DNA of 64,000 bases, from the NCBI RefSeq assembly GCF_009914755.1, contig NC_060934.1; one strand, 5' to 3'. Positions within the stretch are counted from its first letter, which is position 1, and each line of letters starts with the position of its first letter. The notes beneath the pieces were generated by a model. It was not told where the DNA came from and searched no databases. It worked only from the letters and a program-made list of their open reading frames with translations. Below, in pieces: positions 41,545-55,312 of this stretch. Both the position numbers and the translations under genes were made by a program. Source of the DNA: the human T2T-CHM13v2.0 reference genome, Homo sapiens.

Positions 41545-42560
41545 GTTATTCCCATTTGAAAGCTACTCAGGGATTCCATGGCTGGGGCAGGGAGAGTACA
41601 AGATGAACTGAGAACATCTCTTGGTGCCAGAAAACCAGGGAGTGCCCAGAAGATGATAAGGACTTGTTGAAAGAGCATAAGAACCAGGCTGAAGGAGCTC
41701 CTAATGGCCCAAGCTGGAACAATTTGAGCCACAAAACAAATAATGACTATCCTTCAGTCCATACTGACTTCTTTGTATTAATACATATAACAATAATGGT
41801 GAAGAAAAGACTGCTTTTCCTTGGAGTAGAATTCCAACTAATAAATGGAGAAGGAAAGAGGGATCTAGGAAACTTTATGGTAATAATCGGCAAACTCGGC
41901 AGTAGTAACTTTTGCAGATCTAAGACACCTAATAATGCAAAGATTAGTGGGTGAAAGATAGAAGAGAAACAGAACTTTCTTAGCACTAAAATGTTTCCCC
42001 CAAGATATTAACTATAAAGGAAATAATAACTTTACAGTTAAGAAAACTGGCAGACACCACCTTAGCTACATGATCAAGGTCAACATCATCAGTTAGAAGA
42101 CATATCAACATGAGGAACCCTACAGTATAAAGCGCTGAGGACACAACATCATTTATGGGGTATTCTTGACAAATATGCATAACCTCATTGAAATCATGAG
42201 AAAACATCAGATAAACCCAAACTGAGGGTAATCTACAAAATAGTTGATCAGTGACCTTCAAAACTGTCAAGGTCATGAAGAAAAGACTAAAAAACCATTA
42301 CAGCTTGGAGGAGACAGAGAAGAAACAACAACTAAATGTAAAGTGGGATCTGGGGCATCAGTGGGAAAACTAGTTAAATTAAAATAAGGTTTTTGGTTTC
42401 ACTAATAGGCTAGAATCAGTGCTAATTTCCTTGTTCCAATAATTATACTATAGTTATAAAATATGCTACCTTTAGGAGAAACCGGATGAGGGATATACTA
42501 AAACTCTGCACCCTCTTTGCAACGTTTATGAAAGTCCTAAATTAGTTCAAAAAAATTTTA
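41545..42560 (+). mobile_element. L1MC (MC3/MC4-like) 3' UTR
   Basis: ggctggggcagggagagtacaagatgaactgagaacatc...ggcagacaccaccttagc...atcaaggtcaacatcatcag; L1M-type 3' end. Confidence 0.8.
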
Positions 42561-42662
42561 AACCTATCAGAAGCCATTTTGACAGTTTTCTGAGTGCCTC
42601 AAAAAGTAAGTTAACTTGACTGAGCTAGCCAGAGTAACTGTAATTCTCCCTCCTGGCTCTTG

Positions 42663-42700
42663 CTCCAAAGGGTGGCTCTTTCTCCAAAGGGTGGCTCTTT
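42663..42700. repeat. Perfect 19-bp tandem duplication
   Basis: ctccaaagggtggctcttt x2. Confidence 0.95.
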
Positions 42701-43127
42701 AGAGAGTGAGAGCCACGGGACCCCAAAACCACATTTTGACCCTGCCAGTTCACTGACAATCCAGCTATTGGAAACTGTCCTGTATTCTGGACAACCCATC
42801 AATTGCAAATCCTGTATGAACTTAATTCTTCTTTGAGGACAATGTAAGCACTCTCTCACACTGAATACAGAAACAATGAGCCAAACCGTCCCAAAGATGT
42901 TTAATAACAAATGTGTCTTAATTTTGATCACATTTATCCTGATTCATTTCACACAACTTCAAGAGCAAAGCAACCAGAATTCTGTGGCAATAAACTCTGT
43001 CCTTAGCTCCTGCCTCCAACTGTGTCCACCCAGAAACTTATTTGCCATCAGTATCTGTTCTCATCTTTAGTGGGTGGAGAGTACATGTTATTACTTAAAT
43101 TTTCTGCATCTTTTTTGACTGTTGGTG

Positions 43128-43447
43128 TTTCTTTCTTTTTGTTTTTTGGAGACAATGTCTCATTCTGTCACTTAGGCTGGAGTGCAGTGACATGACCATA
43201 GCTCACTGCAGCCTCCAACTCTCGGGCTCAAGGAATCCTCTTGCATCAGTTTCCTGAGTAGCAGGGACCATAGCCATGTGCCACCATGCTTGGCTGATTC
43301 TTTTCTTTCTTTTTTTTTTTTTGTAGAGATGGGGGGGGGGGTCTTACTTTGTTGCCCAGGCTGGTCTCAAACCCCTGGCTTCAAGCAACACTCCCACCTC
43401 AACCTCCCAAAATTCTGGGATTGCAGGTGTGAGCTACCACACCCAGC
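43128..43447 (-). mobile_element. AluJ
   Basis: catagctcactgcagcctccaactc; expanded middle T tract and G run; TSD tggt(g/t)tttctt. Confidence 0.9.
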
Positions 43448-44424
43448 TGGTTTTTCTTAAAAACACGTAAATATAACTCCATTGTGCATTTCCCAAGAGT
43501 GTAAACTGACAGCAAACTTCAGTTCCAAGCCACATACACAACAAAACTGACAATTTTATGACACTACTCAATCACATACAAAGCCACATAGCTGCAAAGC
43601 TGAATGCCACTGCCTATAAATGAATCAAACTCCTGCAGCTAGTGAGTTTTATTTTGGACACTAGACTTATATTTCTCCTCATAAACCACAGGCCTCTGCT
43701 ATTCCTGGGGACTTGATGAGTAAAGGAATGACCCTCCCTGAATATTTGCCTGCCTTACATCTTGACCAGTCTGTATCTAATAGACTCCTTTTATCCAAGC
43801 ACGGAGGCTGGCTTTAAGAGAAGTACAAGATTTAGTCCCTGGCCTCCAGGATATTACAGTCTGGGATGAATTTAAATACTCAATTTTAAATAATTAAGTA
43901 CCAAATAATTTATTATATCATATTTAGGGCAAATGGAATCTGGGGCAAGAAGAGCTAAACAGGCAGAAAACCTTTAAGCAGGAAGAGAGATTTCATCAAT
44001 TTAGACAACAAATATTTGTTATGTTCATTCTCTGTGCCAGGCACTGCTCTAAGTGCTCTAAGTGTTAGGAAACAAATAATGAAAACAAAACAAATAATCA
44101 AGTTTATTTCATATAGAAAAAATATATTAAGAAAAATTAAAGTAAAATTTAAAAAATTAAGATTGGTGAAGTGTATTCAGCTGATCTGCAGACTTACGCA
44201 TGTCATTCCAGTGAAGCAAATCCAATATTGCTGCAATTTATGTTCAAGCTTTTGGAACTACTTCTTAGGACCTTAAATTTCGAATTGACTTAAAAGTTCT
44301 CCATCATTGTAGAAACTGTATTTCACCCTACATAGAAGCAAAACTCACACCCAGTAAGATCCAATCAGGTCTCAGCTCTGTCAGTTTTCTTATAAAATTT
44401 CAGGACTCAACAGCCAACGTAATC

Positions 44425-45513
44425 TATTTATTTATTTATTTATTTTATTATTATACTTTAAGTTCTAGGGTAGATGTCCACAACGTGCAGGTTTGTTACA
44501 TATGTATACATATGCCATGTTGGTGTGCTGCACCCATTAATTCGTCATTTACATTAGGTATATCTCCTAATGCTATCCCTACCCCCTCCCCCCACCCCAC
44601 AACAGGCCCCAGTGTGTGATGTTCCCCATCCTGTGTCCAAGTGTTCTCATTGTTCAATTCCCACCTATGAGTGAGAACATGTGGTATTTGGTTTTCTGTC
44701 CTTGCAACAGTTTGCTAGAATGATGGCTTCCAGTTTCATCCATGTCCCTACAAAGGACATGAACTCATCCTTTTTATGGCTGCATAGTGTTCCATGGTGT
44801 ATATGTGCCACATTTTCTTAATCCAGTCTATCATTGATGGACATTTGGGTTGGTTCCAAGTCTTTGCTATTGTGAATAGTGCCGCAATAAACATACGTGT
44901 GCATGTGTCTTTATAGCTGCATGATTTATAATCCTTTGGGTATATACCCAGTAATGGGATGGCTGGGTCAAATGGTATTTCTAGTTCTAGATCCTTGAGG
45001 AATCGCCACACTGTCTTCCACAATGGTTGAACTAGTTTACAGTCCCACCAAAAGTGTAAAAGTGTTCCTATTTCTCCACATCCTCTCCAGCACCTGTTGT
45101 TTCCTGACTTTTTAATGATCGCCATTCTAACTGGTGTGAGATGGTATCTCATTGTGGTTTTGACTTGCATTTCTCTGATGGCCAGTGATGATGGGCATTT
45201 TTTCATGTGTCTGTTGGCTGCATAAACGTCTTCTTTTGAGAAGTGTCTGTTCATATGCTTGGCCCACTTTTTGATGGGGTTGTTTGATTTTTTTCCTGTA
45301 AATTTGTTTAAGTTCTTTGTAGATTCTGGATATTAGCCCTTTGTCAAATGGGTAGATTGCAAAAATTTTCTCCCATTCTGTAGGTTGCCTGTTCACTCTG
45401 ATGATAGTTTCTTTTGCTGTGCAGAAGCTCTTTAGTTTAATTAGATCCCAATTGTCAATTCTGGCTTTTGTTGCCATTACTTTTGGTGTTTTAGACATGA
45501 AGTCCTTGCCCAT
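44425..45513 (-). mobile_element. L1PA5-like 3' fragment (~1.1 kb) with frameshifted ORF2 C-terminus
   Basis: ORFs 45127-45513 ([11 protein letters not shown]...) and 44748-45254 (...[19 protein letters not shown]...) are L1 ORF2p C-terminal sequence in different frames; L1 3' UTR; (TTTA)n tail. Confidence 0.97.
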
Positions 45514-45803
45514 TCTGGAAAAAGGAAACTGCCAAAGAGGGAAACCAACACTTTTTCATGGATTGTGAGCCTTTCTTATGAACTTGTTGGTGAAATAAGT
45601 TGAAGCTCATTCACTCAATAGTCAACAATACTGATTGTGCACTTACTATCATAATAAACTCTCAGCACCTAGGACAGTCCCTGACACAGAGTAGGTATTC
45701 AATATGTTTGTCAAACCAGCCTGTCATATGGAGCTTTGGTCTTAACTTCATTTAAAACAATATAGGGTAGGAAAACGTGATGAGGTTGTTTCTTTTAGGT
45801 AGC

Positions 45804-48277
45804 TGTCTTAATCCGTTTTCTGCTGCTATAATGGAACACTACAGAGTGGGTAATTTATAAAGAAAAACGTTTATTTGGCTCACAATTCTGAAGGGTGGGA
45901 AGTCCAAGAGCATGATGCTGGTATCTGGCGGGTGCCTTCTTGCAGCATCTCAATATGGCAGAAGGGCATCATATGGGGAGGATATGTGCAAGGGAGGCAG
46001 AATGAAAATGGGGACCAAATGTCTATTTATCAGGAGCCCACTTGTACAATAACTAATCCACTCATGTGATAATGACATTAATCCATTCATGAAAGTAGAA
46101 CCCTCATGACCTAATCACATCCTTAAGGTTCTACCTCAATACACTCACAATGACAAGTAAATTTCAACGTCAGTTTCAGAGGGGATCTTCAATACCATTC
46201 TACCCTGCCCTCACCCCAAAAGTGCATGTCCTTCTTACATACAAAAAATATTCATTGAATCTCAATAGTCCCAAAACTCTTAATTTGTTCCAGCATCAAC
46301 TCAAAAATCCAAAGTCCAGAGTTTCATTTAAATCAGATATGGGTGAGATTCAAGACATGATTCATCCTGAGACAAATTTACTCCAGCTGTGAATCTGTGA
46401 AATTAAATAAGTTATCTACTTCCAAAATACAATGGTGGGCCAGGCATAGGATAGACATTCCCATTCTAAAAGAAAGAAATAGGCAGGAAGAAAAGAGTAA
46501 CTTGTCCCAAGTATGTTGAAAGCCCAACAGGGTGGACATCATTAAATCTTAAAGCTGGAGAATAATCTCCTTTGACTGCATGTCCACATCTTGGGCACAC
46601 AGGAGTAATAAGAGTTGGGTCCCCAGTGCCTCAGACAGCCCTGACCCCATAACTTCGCTGGGCTCAGCCCATGCAGCAGCTCTCACAGTTTGGAGTCTTG
46701 TGCCTGCAGCTCTCCCAAGTTAAAGTTGCACACTGGTGGCCCTGCAGTTCTGTGGACTTGGGGGTGGCCCCGCTTCCATGACTCTACTACACGTTGCCCC
46801 AGTGGGGACTTTCTGTGGAGGCTCCACATCTGTGGAAGGTTTCTGCCTGGGCCCCCAAGATGTCTGCAACATCTCTTGAAATCTAGGTGAAGGAGATCAT
46901 TCCTCCACAGCTCTTAGATTCTGTGTTCTTGCAGAATTAGCACTACATGGATGCACCAAGGTTTACAACTCATCTTTCTGGAGCCATCGGTGAGCCACAC
47001 CTGAGCCCACTTGGCTGGGGTTGCCAAGGAGCATTATGCCAGAATGCAAGGATCAAAGACCCAAAGAGGCTCTGGGCAGCAATCCCATGGGGGGTGCCTT
47101 AGGGCCATCCCCTAAAACAATTCTTCCCTCCTGGAGCTCTGTGTCTGTAATGGGAGGTGCAGCCTCAAGGATCTTTGAAATGCCTTTAGGATCTTTCTCC
47201 TATAATCTTTTTGAATATCTCCTGATTCCCTCCTATCATGGTCATCTCTTTGGCAAATGGTCACTTGGCCATATCCTTGGTTTGCTTTCTTAAAGATATC
47301 TTTTTACTCTTTACATGGCCAGGCTGCAAATTTTTCCAAAATTTTTCATTCTTCTCCCCTTTTAATTATACCTTATGTCTTTAAGTCATTTCTTTCTTCT
47401 CACATTTCACTGCGTGCGGTTAAAAGTAGCCATGCAGCATCCTGAGTGTTTTGCTGCTAAGATATTTTTTCTGCCAGACATCCTAGCTCATCACGCTTAA
47501 GTTCTGTGTTCTATAAAGTCTTAACACATGGACACAATTCAGCCAAGGTCTTTGCTCTTTTATAACAAGGATGGTCTTTACTCCAGTTTACAATACCTTG
47601 TTCCTCATTTCCGTCTGAGACTTCATCAGTATGGCCTTTACCATTCAGATTTCTACCAACTTTCTGATTATGACCACTTAAGTACTCCAAGAAATCCCAA
47701 ACTTTTCCTACTTTTCTTGTCTGCTTTTTATCCCTCACCCAAATTGCCCCCAATGTTCCATTTATGGCAATCTATTCTTTTTCTAGTTTTGCTCCTCTAA
47801 ATTCTTCTAGCCTCTACACATTGCCCGGTTCTAAAGCCACTTCCACATTTTCAGGTATTTGTTACAGCAACAGGCCCATTTCTCAGTATAAATTTTCTCT
47901 CTTAGTCTGTTTTCTGCAACTGTGAAAGAATATCACAGACTGGGTAAATTATAAAGAAGAGAAGTTTACTTGGTTCACAGTTCTGGAGGTTGGTCCAAGA
48001 GCATGGTCCTGATATCTGATGAGGGCCTTCTTGTTGCATTATAACATGATGGGCAGACATCATGGGGTGACGAAGTGCATGCACAAGACAGAGAAAATCC
48101 TTTTATAAGGAGCCCAATCCTAAGATAACCAACCCACTCCCACAAGACAGCATTAATCCATTCATGAGGGCAAAACTCTTAGGACCTAATACCTCTTAAA
48201 GGTCCCATTTCTTAATACTATCACAATGGCAATTAAATTTCCACATGAATTTTGAAGGGGACATTCAAACCATGGCT
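45804..48277 (-). mobile_element. Complete MST (MSTB/MSTC-type) MaLR element: LTR-internal-LTR
   Basis: LTRs ~45804-46197 and ~47899-48277 in the same orientation, flanking MST-int; perfect 5-bp TSD gtagc at 45799-45803 and 48278-48282. Confidence 0.92.
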
Positions 48278-48802
48278 GTAGCTATCATACATTTATGATC
48301 AATGCATTAATGTGGCAAAGAGCTTTAAAAATAGAGAGTATAACCTCTAGGTAAATGTTCCTGTCATTATTATTCATGGAAGTTGTAAGGCAATGCATCT
48401 GAATGCCAGAGAGTTAATGAAAGTGTTCACTTCAGATGAAATGGTCCAAAGACATCCACCGAAATCCATGTTACAATTTACAGTGTCAATTAATGTCCCC
48501 AACAATGATTATTAAAGCAAGCCTTACTAGTAAAAAAACACTGCTACAGCCTTTGTGATTGAGTTAGAAAGGTCTCCCTCACTAAATATACTCCTCTAGC
48601 CAGCTTGCTATGGTGTTAGACATGTATCACAGTGCTTCCATCTTTGAAGCCAAGGTGCTGTATCCTTCAGGAGTATGGTGATAATTAGCTAATTAGACCA
48701 GATAAGCCCTGTCCATAGAAATAGCAATATCTTTATTTCCTCCATTGCACAAAGCTGCCTCCCCCAGGTTTTTCATCTTAAAGAATGATACTTTTATACC
48801 CC

Positions 48803-49212
48803 TATCTTAGTCCATTTTGTGATGCTATAATAGAATACCACAGACTAGACAATTTATAATAAACAGAAATGCACTGGCTCACAGTTCTGAAGGCTGAGAG
48901 GTCCAAAATCAAGGGGCTAACATCTGGCAGGGGTCTTTTTGCTGTGTCATCCCATGGAACAGGGAAAAGACAGGTGAAGGGAGAGACAGAGAGAGAAAGA
49001 GAAAGTGAGAGAGAGGAGGTTGAACTTGTCCTTTTATAAGGAACCCATTCCTGCAATAATGAACCCACCCACATGAAAAAGGCATTGATCCATTCACAAA
49101 GGCGGAGTCTCATGACCTAAATACCTCCCATTGGGGCCTCCCTCCCAACACTGCCTCATTGGGGATCAAGTTTCCAACCCATGAACTTTGGGGACACATC
49201 CAAATTATAACA
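48803..49212 (-). mobile_element. MST (C/D-type) solo LTR
   Basis: tatcttagtccattttgtgatgctataatagaataccacagac...ccatgaactttggggacacatccaaattataaca. Confidence 0.88.
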
Positions 49213-49694
49213 ACTTCTGTTTGCTCATGCCACAAATCTAAAAGCCATACGCGGTTCTTTCATTTCTCTTGGTTTTTACAAAACATCTCAAATTCATCTA
49301 TTTCTTTCCTTCTTACTGATACCGTCCTACTCCAGATCACCACCATGTCTAGCCTGAGCCAAACATGATGGTCCTTTCCCTTTGCCAGAGATGGATTAGC
49401 CATGAGTGTGTGATGCAATTCAGATCAATGATGTGTGAGAGGAAACCTGCTGAGAGCTTCTGGGAGAGGCTCCCACACTCCTAAGAAAAGAAACTTGGGG
49501 AGAGATGGCCTTTGCTTTAATTGGACTTGGTCATTTCTGGATGTGACATCTGGAATCATGACAGCCATCTTGTCCCCATGAGAGAAGTTAGTCCGGGGAC
49601 AAAGCCAACACTCCAAGACGGGCAGAACAGGAGCAAAAAAAAAAAAAAAAAAAGCTAGGGTCCTAATGATGTTGATAAATCACTTAATTAATTA

Positions 49695-50001
49695 CAGTAG
49701 TCCACCCTTATCAGTGATTTTGCTTTCTGCAGTTTTGGTTATCCACACACAGCACAATAACACATTTTGAGAGAGAGAGAGAGGCCACATCATGTAACTT
49801 TAATTATAATATACTTATTTAATATTTCTATTATGGTGATTGCTGTTAATCTCTTACTATGCCTGATTTATAAATTAGACTTTATCATAAGTATGTATAT
49901 ATAGGAAAAAACATAGTATTTATAAGATTTGGTACTATCCAAGATTTCAGGCATCCACTGGGGATCTTGGAATGTATCCCCCATGCATAAGGGGGCACTA
50001 T
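49695..50001 (+). mobile_element. MER44A (Tigger7-derived) MITE
   Basis: TIRs cagtagtccacccttatc...ataagggggcacta; ttcaggcatccactgggg. Confidence 0.85.
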
Positions 50002-50051
50002 AGTACCCTGAAAGCCACTTTACACGTGAGCTTCTTAAAAGGTGAGTTAAA

Positions 50052-50353
<302 letters not shown>

Positions 50354-50581
50354 AAAAGGTGAGTTAATAAATGTTTCAGACACTTGCAGCCAAATGCATT
50401 TTGATTGACTCAACCTCAGAAGTGTTCATCTCTTCTTTCTGCCATCTCCAAACCATTCTTCATGCAGCAACCGGAGTGATTCTTCCAAAGGAATAAATCT
50501 GATAATGTAATCTCTCTGCTCAAAATTCTTCAGTGATTTCCCTTGTTACTTACAAAATTTGAAGTTCTTCAACGTGGCCTC

Positions 50582-51072
50582 TGTATCAGTTATCTATTGC
50601 TGCATCGCAAATTACTCGAAAAACTTGGCAGTTTCGAACAACTATCATTTATTATCTCACAGTTTCTGTGGGTCACGAATTTAGGACTGGATCGCCGGAT
50701 GGTTTTGGCCCAGGGTCTCTCATGAGGTTGCAGTCAGGATGTTCTGAGATATGACATGCTGGAGGATCTGCTTCCAAAATGGCTTGCTCACCTGGCTGTT
50801 GGCGGGAAGCCTCAGCCACATGGCCCTCTTCACAGAGCTGCTTGAGTATCCCCACCCCAGGGTGGCCGGCTGCCGCCAGAGCACGAGAGCAGACAGGGGG
50901 CGAGGAGAAGGTTGCCGTACATGTCTTGTCCTAATTTCAAACATCACACACTGTCACTTCCACCACATTCTAGTCATTAAGTGCCAACTACACTTAAGGG
51001 GAGGGGAATTAGAGTTTGCTTTTTGAAGCGGTGAGTACCAAAGAATTTCTGGACACATAAAAAATTACCACA
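50582..51072 (-). mobile_element. MLT1F-like solo LTR
   Basis: tgtatcagttatctattgctgc...ggtctctcatgaggttgcagtcag...ggggaggggaattag...accaca. Confidence 0.85.
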
Positions 51073-52271
51073 CAGGCTTTACAGGACCTGACCCCAGGCT
51101 ACCTTCCTAAGCTCCCTGACACCACTTTTCTCTTGGATAAAGGTAGTGTTGGAGAGCTTAAGAAAGTAGGCTGAACAGGAGACCCAGTGGCGCTCCTCCT
51201 GTTCAGCCGCATCGGGCATCTGTCCACCTCAAGCCTTTTGCACGTATTGTTTCCTCTGCAATGTTCTCCCAAATCCCCCACCTGTAGGGATGCTTAATCA
51301 CTAGATCTCAGTTTAAGTGTCGCATTTTCCCAGATGCCTGTCCAGACCGTGCAGTCTAAAGAAGACTTCCTGTCACTTTTTCACAGCTTCCTATATTTTC
51401 CCTCATATCATTTGCTATAATTTTAATTGCTTATTTATTGGTCTGCTTTTTAAAGATGCAAAAGAAAAGATGATCACTCAGGGTCAGGGGTAAAAAAGTA
51501 CCAGCAGTGGCCTCTGCCACAGGACTGTGAGGTCAAAGGGCAAGGAGGCAGTGTTACGAGGGCCCCAGGTCTGAGGAACAACATATTTCAGGGGAAGGGT
51601 TGCCTTTCATGAAGTGATTTTGGCAAGAGAAAATCTGCAGACTTTTCCCAATGATCAAGGGCTCCATTATTTTCCCCAGTGTCAGAGGAGCTGAGATTTC
51701 TCCTGGTTCCCACAGTGCTACCCTAAGAAAATGTCCAAGTCTGGCGAGGAGCAGGGCAGATGAACTTGAGCTCCTCAGCTTAAAACCTGAAGGGAAATCT
51801 CTTAGCCCAGCAGGCCACAGAAGGGACCTCAGGGAGTCCCTGCTCCCGGGCTATCAGCAAACACCAGTCTGGGAGAAATTGCTTCTTATTCCAGGATGGT
51901 AAAAAGTCAAGAGTCAACATGTAGCTCAGTAAAGAATTCACACTCGTGATATGCAGAGGAATGCATGCTTTTGAAAAAGATTTATTTAAAAAAAAAAAAC
52001 AAAACAGAAGAAAATTGTACTTTCTACATCAATTTTCTCCATGAGTTCTCAGTTAAGACCATGAATCACTGGAGAGGTAAAACAGTCAGATGTCAGTTGC
52101 TACAGGTAAGGGCGCTGCGCACCTACTATGTGCAGACGGAACAGAGGAAGGCCAGGCAAAGATGACGGTTATGAACAGAATGGTCCCCAATCCAATTTGG
52201 ACCCAACACTCTCTTTAAAAATAAATATGATGCCCCACTTATTAATATAAAATGAATTTCATAGCTTGTAT

Positions 52272-52610
52272 CAACAGTCCCCAGCGTTTTGGGCACCAGG
52301 GACAGGTTTTGTGGAAGACAATTCTTCCATGGATCAGGTTGGGGGCAGGGGTGCATAGTGGGATGGTTTTGGGATGACACTGTCCCATCTCAGATCATCA
52401 GCCATTAGTTAGATTCTCATAAGAAGCACACAATCTAGATCCTTTGCACGCGCAGTTCACAATAGGGTTTGTGCTTCTATGAGAATCTAATGCCACTGCT
52501 GATCAGCTCAGGCAATAATGCTCGCTCGCCCACTCACCTCAGGCTGTGCAGCCCGGTTCCTAACAAGCCACGGACCGGTACTCGTCTGCAACCCAGGGGC
52601 TCGGGGTTGG
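52272..52610 (-). mobile_element. MER1B MITE
   Basis: caacagtcccc...gggcaccagggacaggttttgtggaagacaa...cccggttcctaac; ~339 bp; possible 8-bp TSD gctt(g/a)tat. Confidence 0.9.
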
Positions 52611-53143
52611 CTTATATAACATAACCACCACATAATTTCAAAAAGCCAAATCATTGTAATGCTCTAACTATAATATAAATTAAAAGTTAAATAATTTATA
52701 ACAAAATAGTCTATATTTCAATATGTAAGTGCTGGGTACATCTATTCTCAAGATGTAATGAGTAACCAGAGGTTGATACCTATCCATTATAAATACACTG
52801 GGATGTAAGAGCAGTAATTGTAGGTACTTTTCCTTTATATTCAACATTTTAAAATAAGAGCTCAAGTGTATTTATAAGTATACATTGAATCGCGTGAATG
52901 CAACAGCTATAAATGTAAAATTATGCAGGCTGTTATTTTGGAGACTCAAATGCCATACACAGTAGAACCATGGGTGACATGATTTTCAGAGAGGCTGAAC
53001 AACTCTTGGGAGAGTTCTGGACAAAACAAAGTACCATTGTCCCTTATTTTACTTGGTTACTTCCATTCCTTGAAATCTTGGTATATATTAAAATAACGCA
53101 CAAAATACTTTGTATCTATATGTAAAATACAGAGTGCACTTCT

Positions 53144-53619
53144 TTTTTTTATTTTTTTTAAATTATACTTTAAGTTCTAGGGTAGATGTCCACAATGTGC
53201 AGGTTTGTTACATATGTATACATGTGCCATGTTGGTGTGCTGCACCCATTAATTCATCATTTACATTAGGTATATCTCCCAATGCTATCCCTCCCCCCTC
53301 CCCCCACCCCACGACAGGCCCCAGTGTGTAATGTTCCCCTTCCTGCGTCCAGATGTTCTCATTGTTCAATTCCCACCTATGAGTGAGAACATGCGGTGTT
53401 TGGTTTTTTGTCCTTTTGATAATTTGCTGAGAATGATGGTTTCCAGCTTCATCCATGTCCCTACAAAGGACATGAACTCATCCTTTTTTATGGCTGCATA
53501 GTATTCCATGGTGTATATGTGCCACATTTTCTTAATCCAGTCTATCATTGTTGGACATTTGGGTTGGTTCTAAGTCTTTGCTATTGTGAATAGTGCCACA
53601 ATAAACATACGTGTGCATG
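53144..53619 (-). mobile_element. L1PA4-like 3' fragment (~475 bp)
   Basis: L1 3' UTR and ORF2 end ([22 protein letters not shown]...LIGGN); 18-bp TSD aa(t/a)acagagt(g/c)cacttct at 53126-53143 and 53620-53637. Confidence 0.97.
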
Positions 53620-55287
53620 AAAACAGAGTCCACTTCTAAGTTTTTCACCTCTGTGGATGTTCAGCAAGTTGTGGGCCAATTTTCCATGGTTAGATGGCCA
53701 TCGATATCAGGATCACCTAACATCACTAAGGCCCCCAGTAACACCAGAAAATGCCAGTGGTGCCCCCACATCACTGTGACAAACAGAACCACCCCCTGAT
53801 TTGGGAGCACCTCCCCATTTGAAGACCACTGGGAAGGACAGAGTCCAATATTATGAGGCTAAGCTCCCAAAGTCTTCATCTCACATCCTTAGAAGTATAC
53901 TAAATACCATCTATGTGTTAGACTCTATGCTGGGCACTAGCTGTGGGTCAAAGGGTAAGTCAATTTAGAAATGTATCTACAAGGAAGAAAATGATAAACA
54001 TGATTATCAACCAGGCAGCGCAGCACCACACCTTTAAAATGAACAGCCACTCCTTCATCCTACGGTTAACACCCAATAAACACATATCCTCTTTATTCCT
54101 CTCTTTGCAGCCCACAGTCCAAGCCATTTCACCTCACACTACCCTCCCCCAGCTTCCCATGTGCCTAAATTCTGACTGCAGCTCCAGCCTTGAGCCTCAC
54201 ACTTTCCCCTTGGCCCAATGTCAAATATCTTTCCTCCACCACCATCCTTGGGTCCCCTCCTCAGAGTCAGGGTCCAGCCACCCTTGGTTATGGTCTGTCC
54301 TGGTCCAGCCTTTTCCCTAGGATACTGGAGCAGCCCCTAGGGCAGAACTCCCCACCAGGCCTTCACCTACCCATATAGGAAAAAATAAGAAGAACCAGAC
54401 AGAAGTACACTACTAGCCCACATCCACACTCTGCCTCAGAGGGTCTGTCCATGGGGCTCAGTAGTTCAAGCAGGTGTGAAAGCAGGCAGGGAAATTTTTC
54501 CTGAGAATATTTCAATTTAAAGATAGGAGGTTCTTACCATGAGACTGGGAACTAATGAGAAAATATCTTCCTGGAGAACTAGATCCCAAGTGAGACAGGA
54601 GCATGGGTCTCCTGTCTCCACATCCACCCATTCACCAAAATACAGGGCAAGGACTGGCTCTGAGGGCTTGGTGTTGCGCTGAATCTGCTGGTCAAGGTCA
54701 ATGGCTACCAGCCATGAGGGCTGGACAGTAGCAGGGACAGAAAGCTCAGGAAGGAAATGGAAACACCTGAGGGACTGGCCCTTAGTTCCTCAGGTCAACC
54801 ACTTCTATTATGGCACTCCTCTGCTCAGAGCAGCTCAACTGCTGTGCCTTCAGAAAGCCAACTCCAGGCTCCTCAGCATGGCACATAATCTCCAGCCTGA
54901 ACCACTCTCTCCACGGTCCTCCATGCCTCACAGGGGAAGACAAGATCAAAGCCCATTCCAACTGAGGCACAAGGGGGTGATTAGGGAACAGGGAATTCTT
55001 TAGATAAAACCACAATTCATATTAGTCATACTGGCAATTAAGATCGTCTCGGCGGGGAGGATTTTCAAAACCTGGCAGGACACTGAACCTGCAGATGGCA
55101 GAAAGAAAAGGCATGCAAGGGTGGGAAGCCAGGGATGTGATAAAAACCAAAACATAAGGCCTGGGAGAGGAAAGCTCTCATACTCAGGAGGGGTGGGTAG
55201 AAGGGGGTACTAGAGCAGAGGAATAGGCCAGGCCTTGAGTCTGGGCCACCACAGAGCAGTGGGAGGACTGTGGATGTAGGAGGAAGT

Positions 55288-55312
55288 GGGGGTTGGGGAG
55301 AGGGGTTGGGGG
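55288..55312 (+). other. Predicted strong G-quadruplex
   Basis: GGGGG-tt-GGGG-aga-GGGG-tt-GGGGG. Confidence 0.7.

Larger units (their letters stand above)
52180..53831. mobile_element. MER20B-like hAT-Charlie element, interrupted by MER1B and L1PA
   Basis: cacataatttcaaaaa...gaacaactcttggg...caaaacaaagtac...aaatgccagtggtgccccc...gaagaccactg; about 0.8 kb after removing the inserts. Confidence 0.65.

Noticed and set aside
44748-45513. 168-aa and 128-aa ORFs as a functional gene
   Set aside because: They are frameshifted L1 ORF2p C-terminal fragments of a 5'-truncated element.
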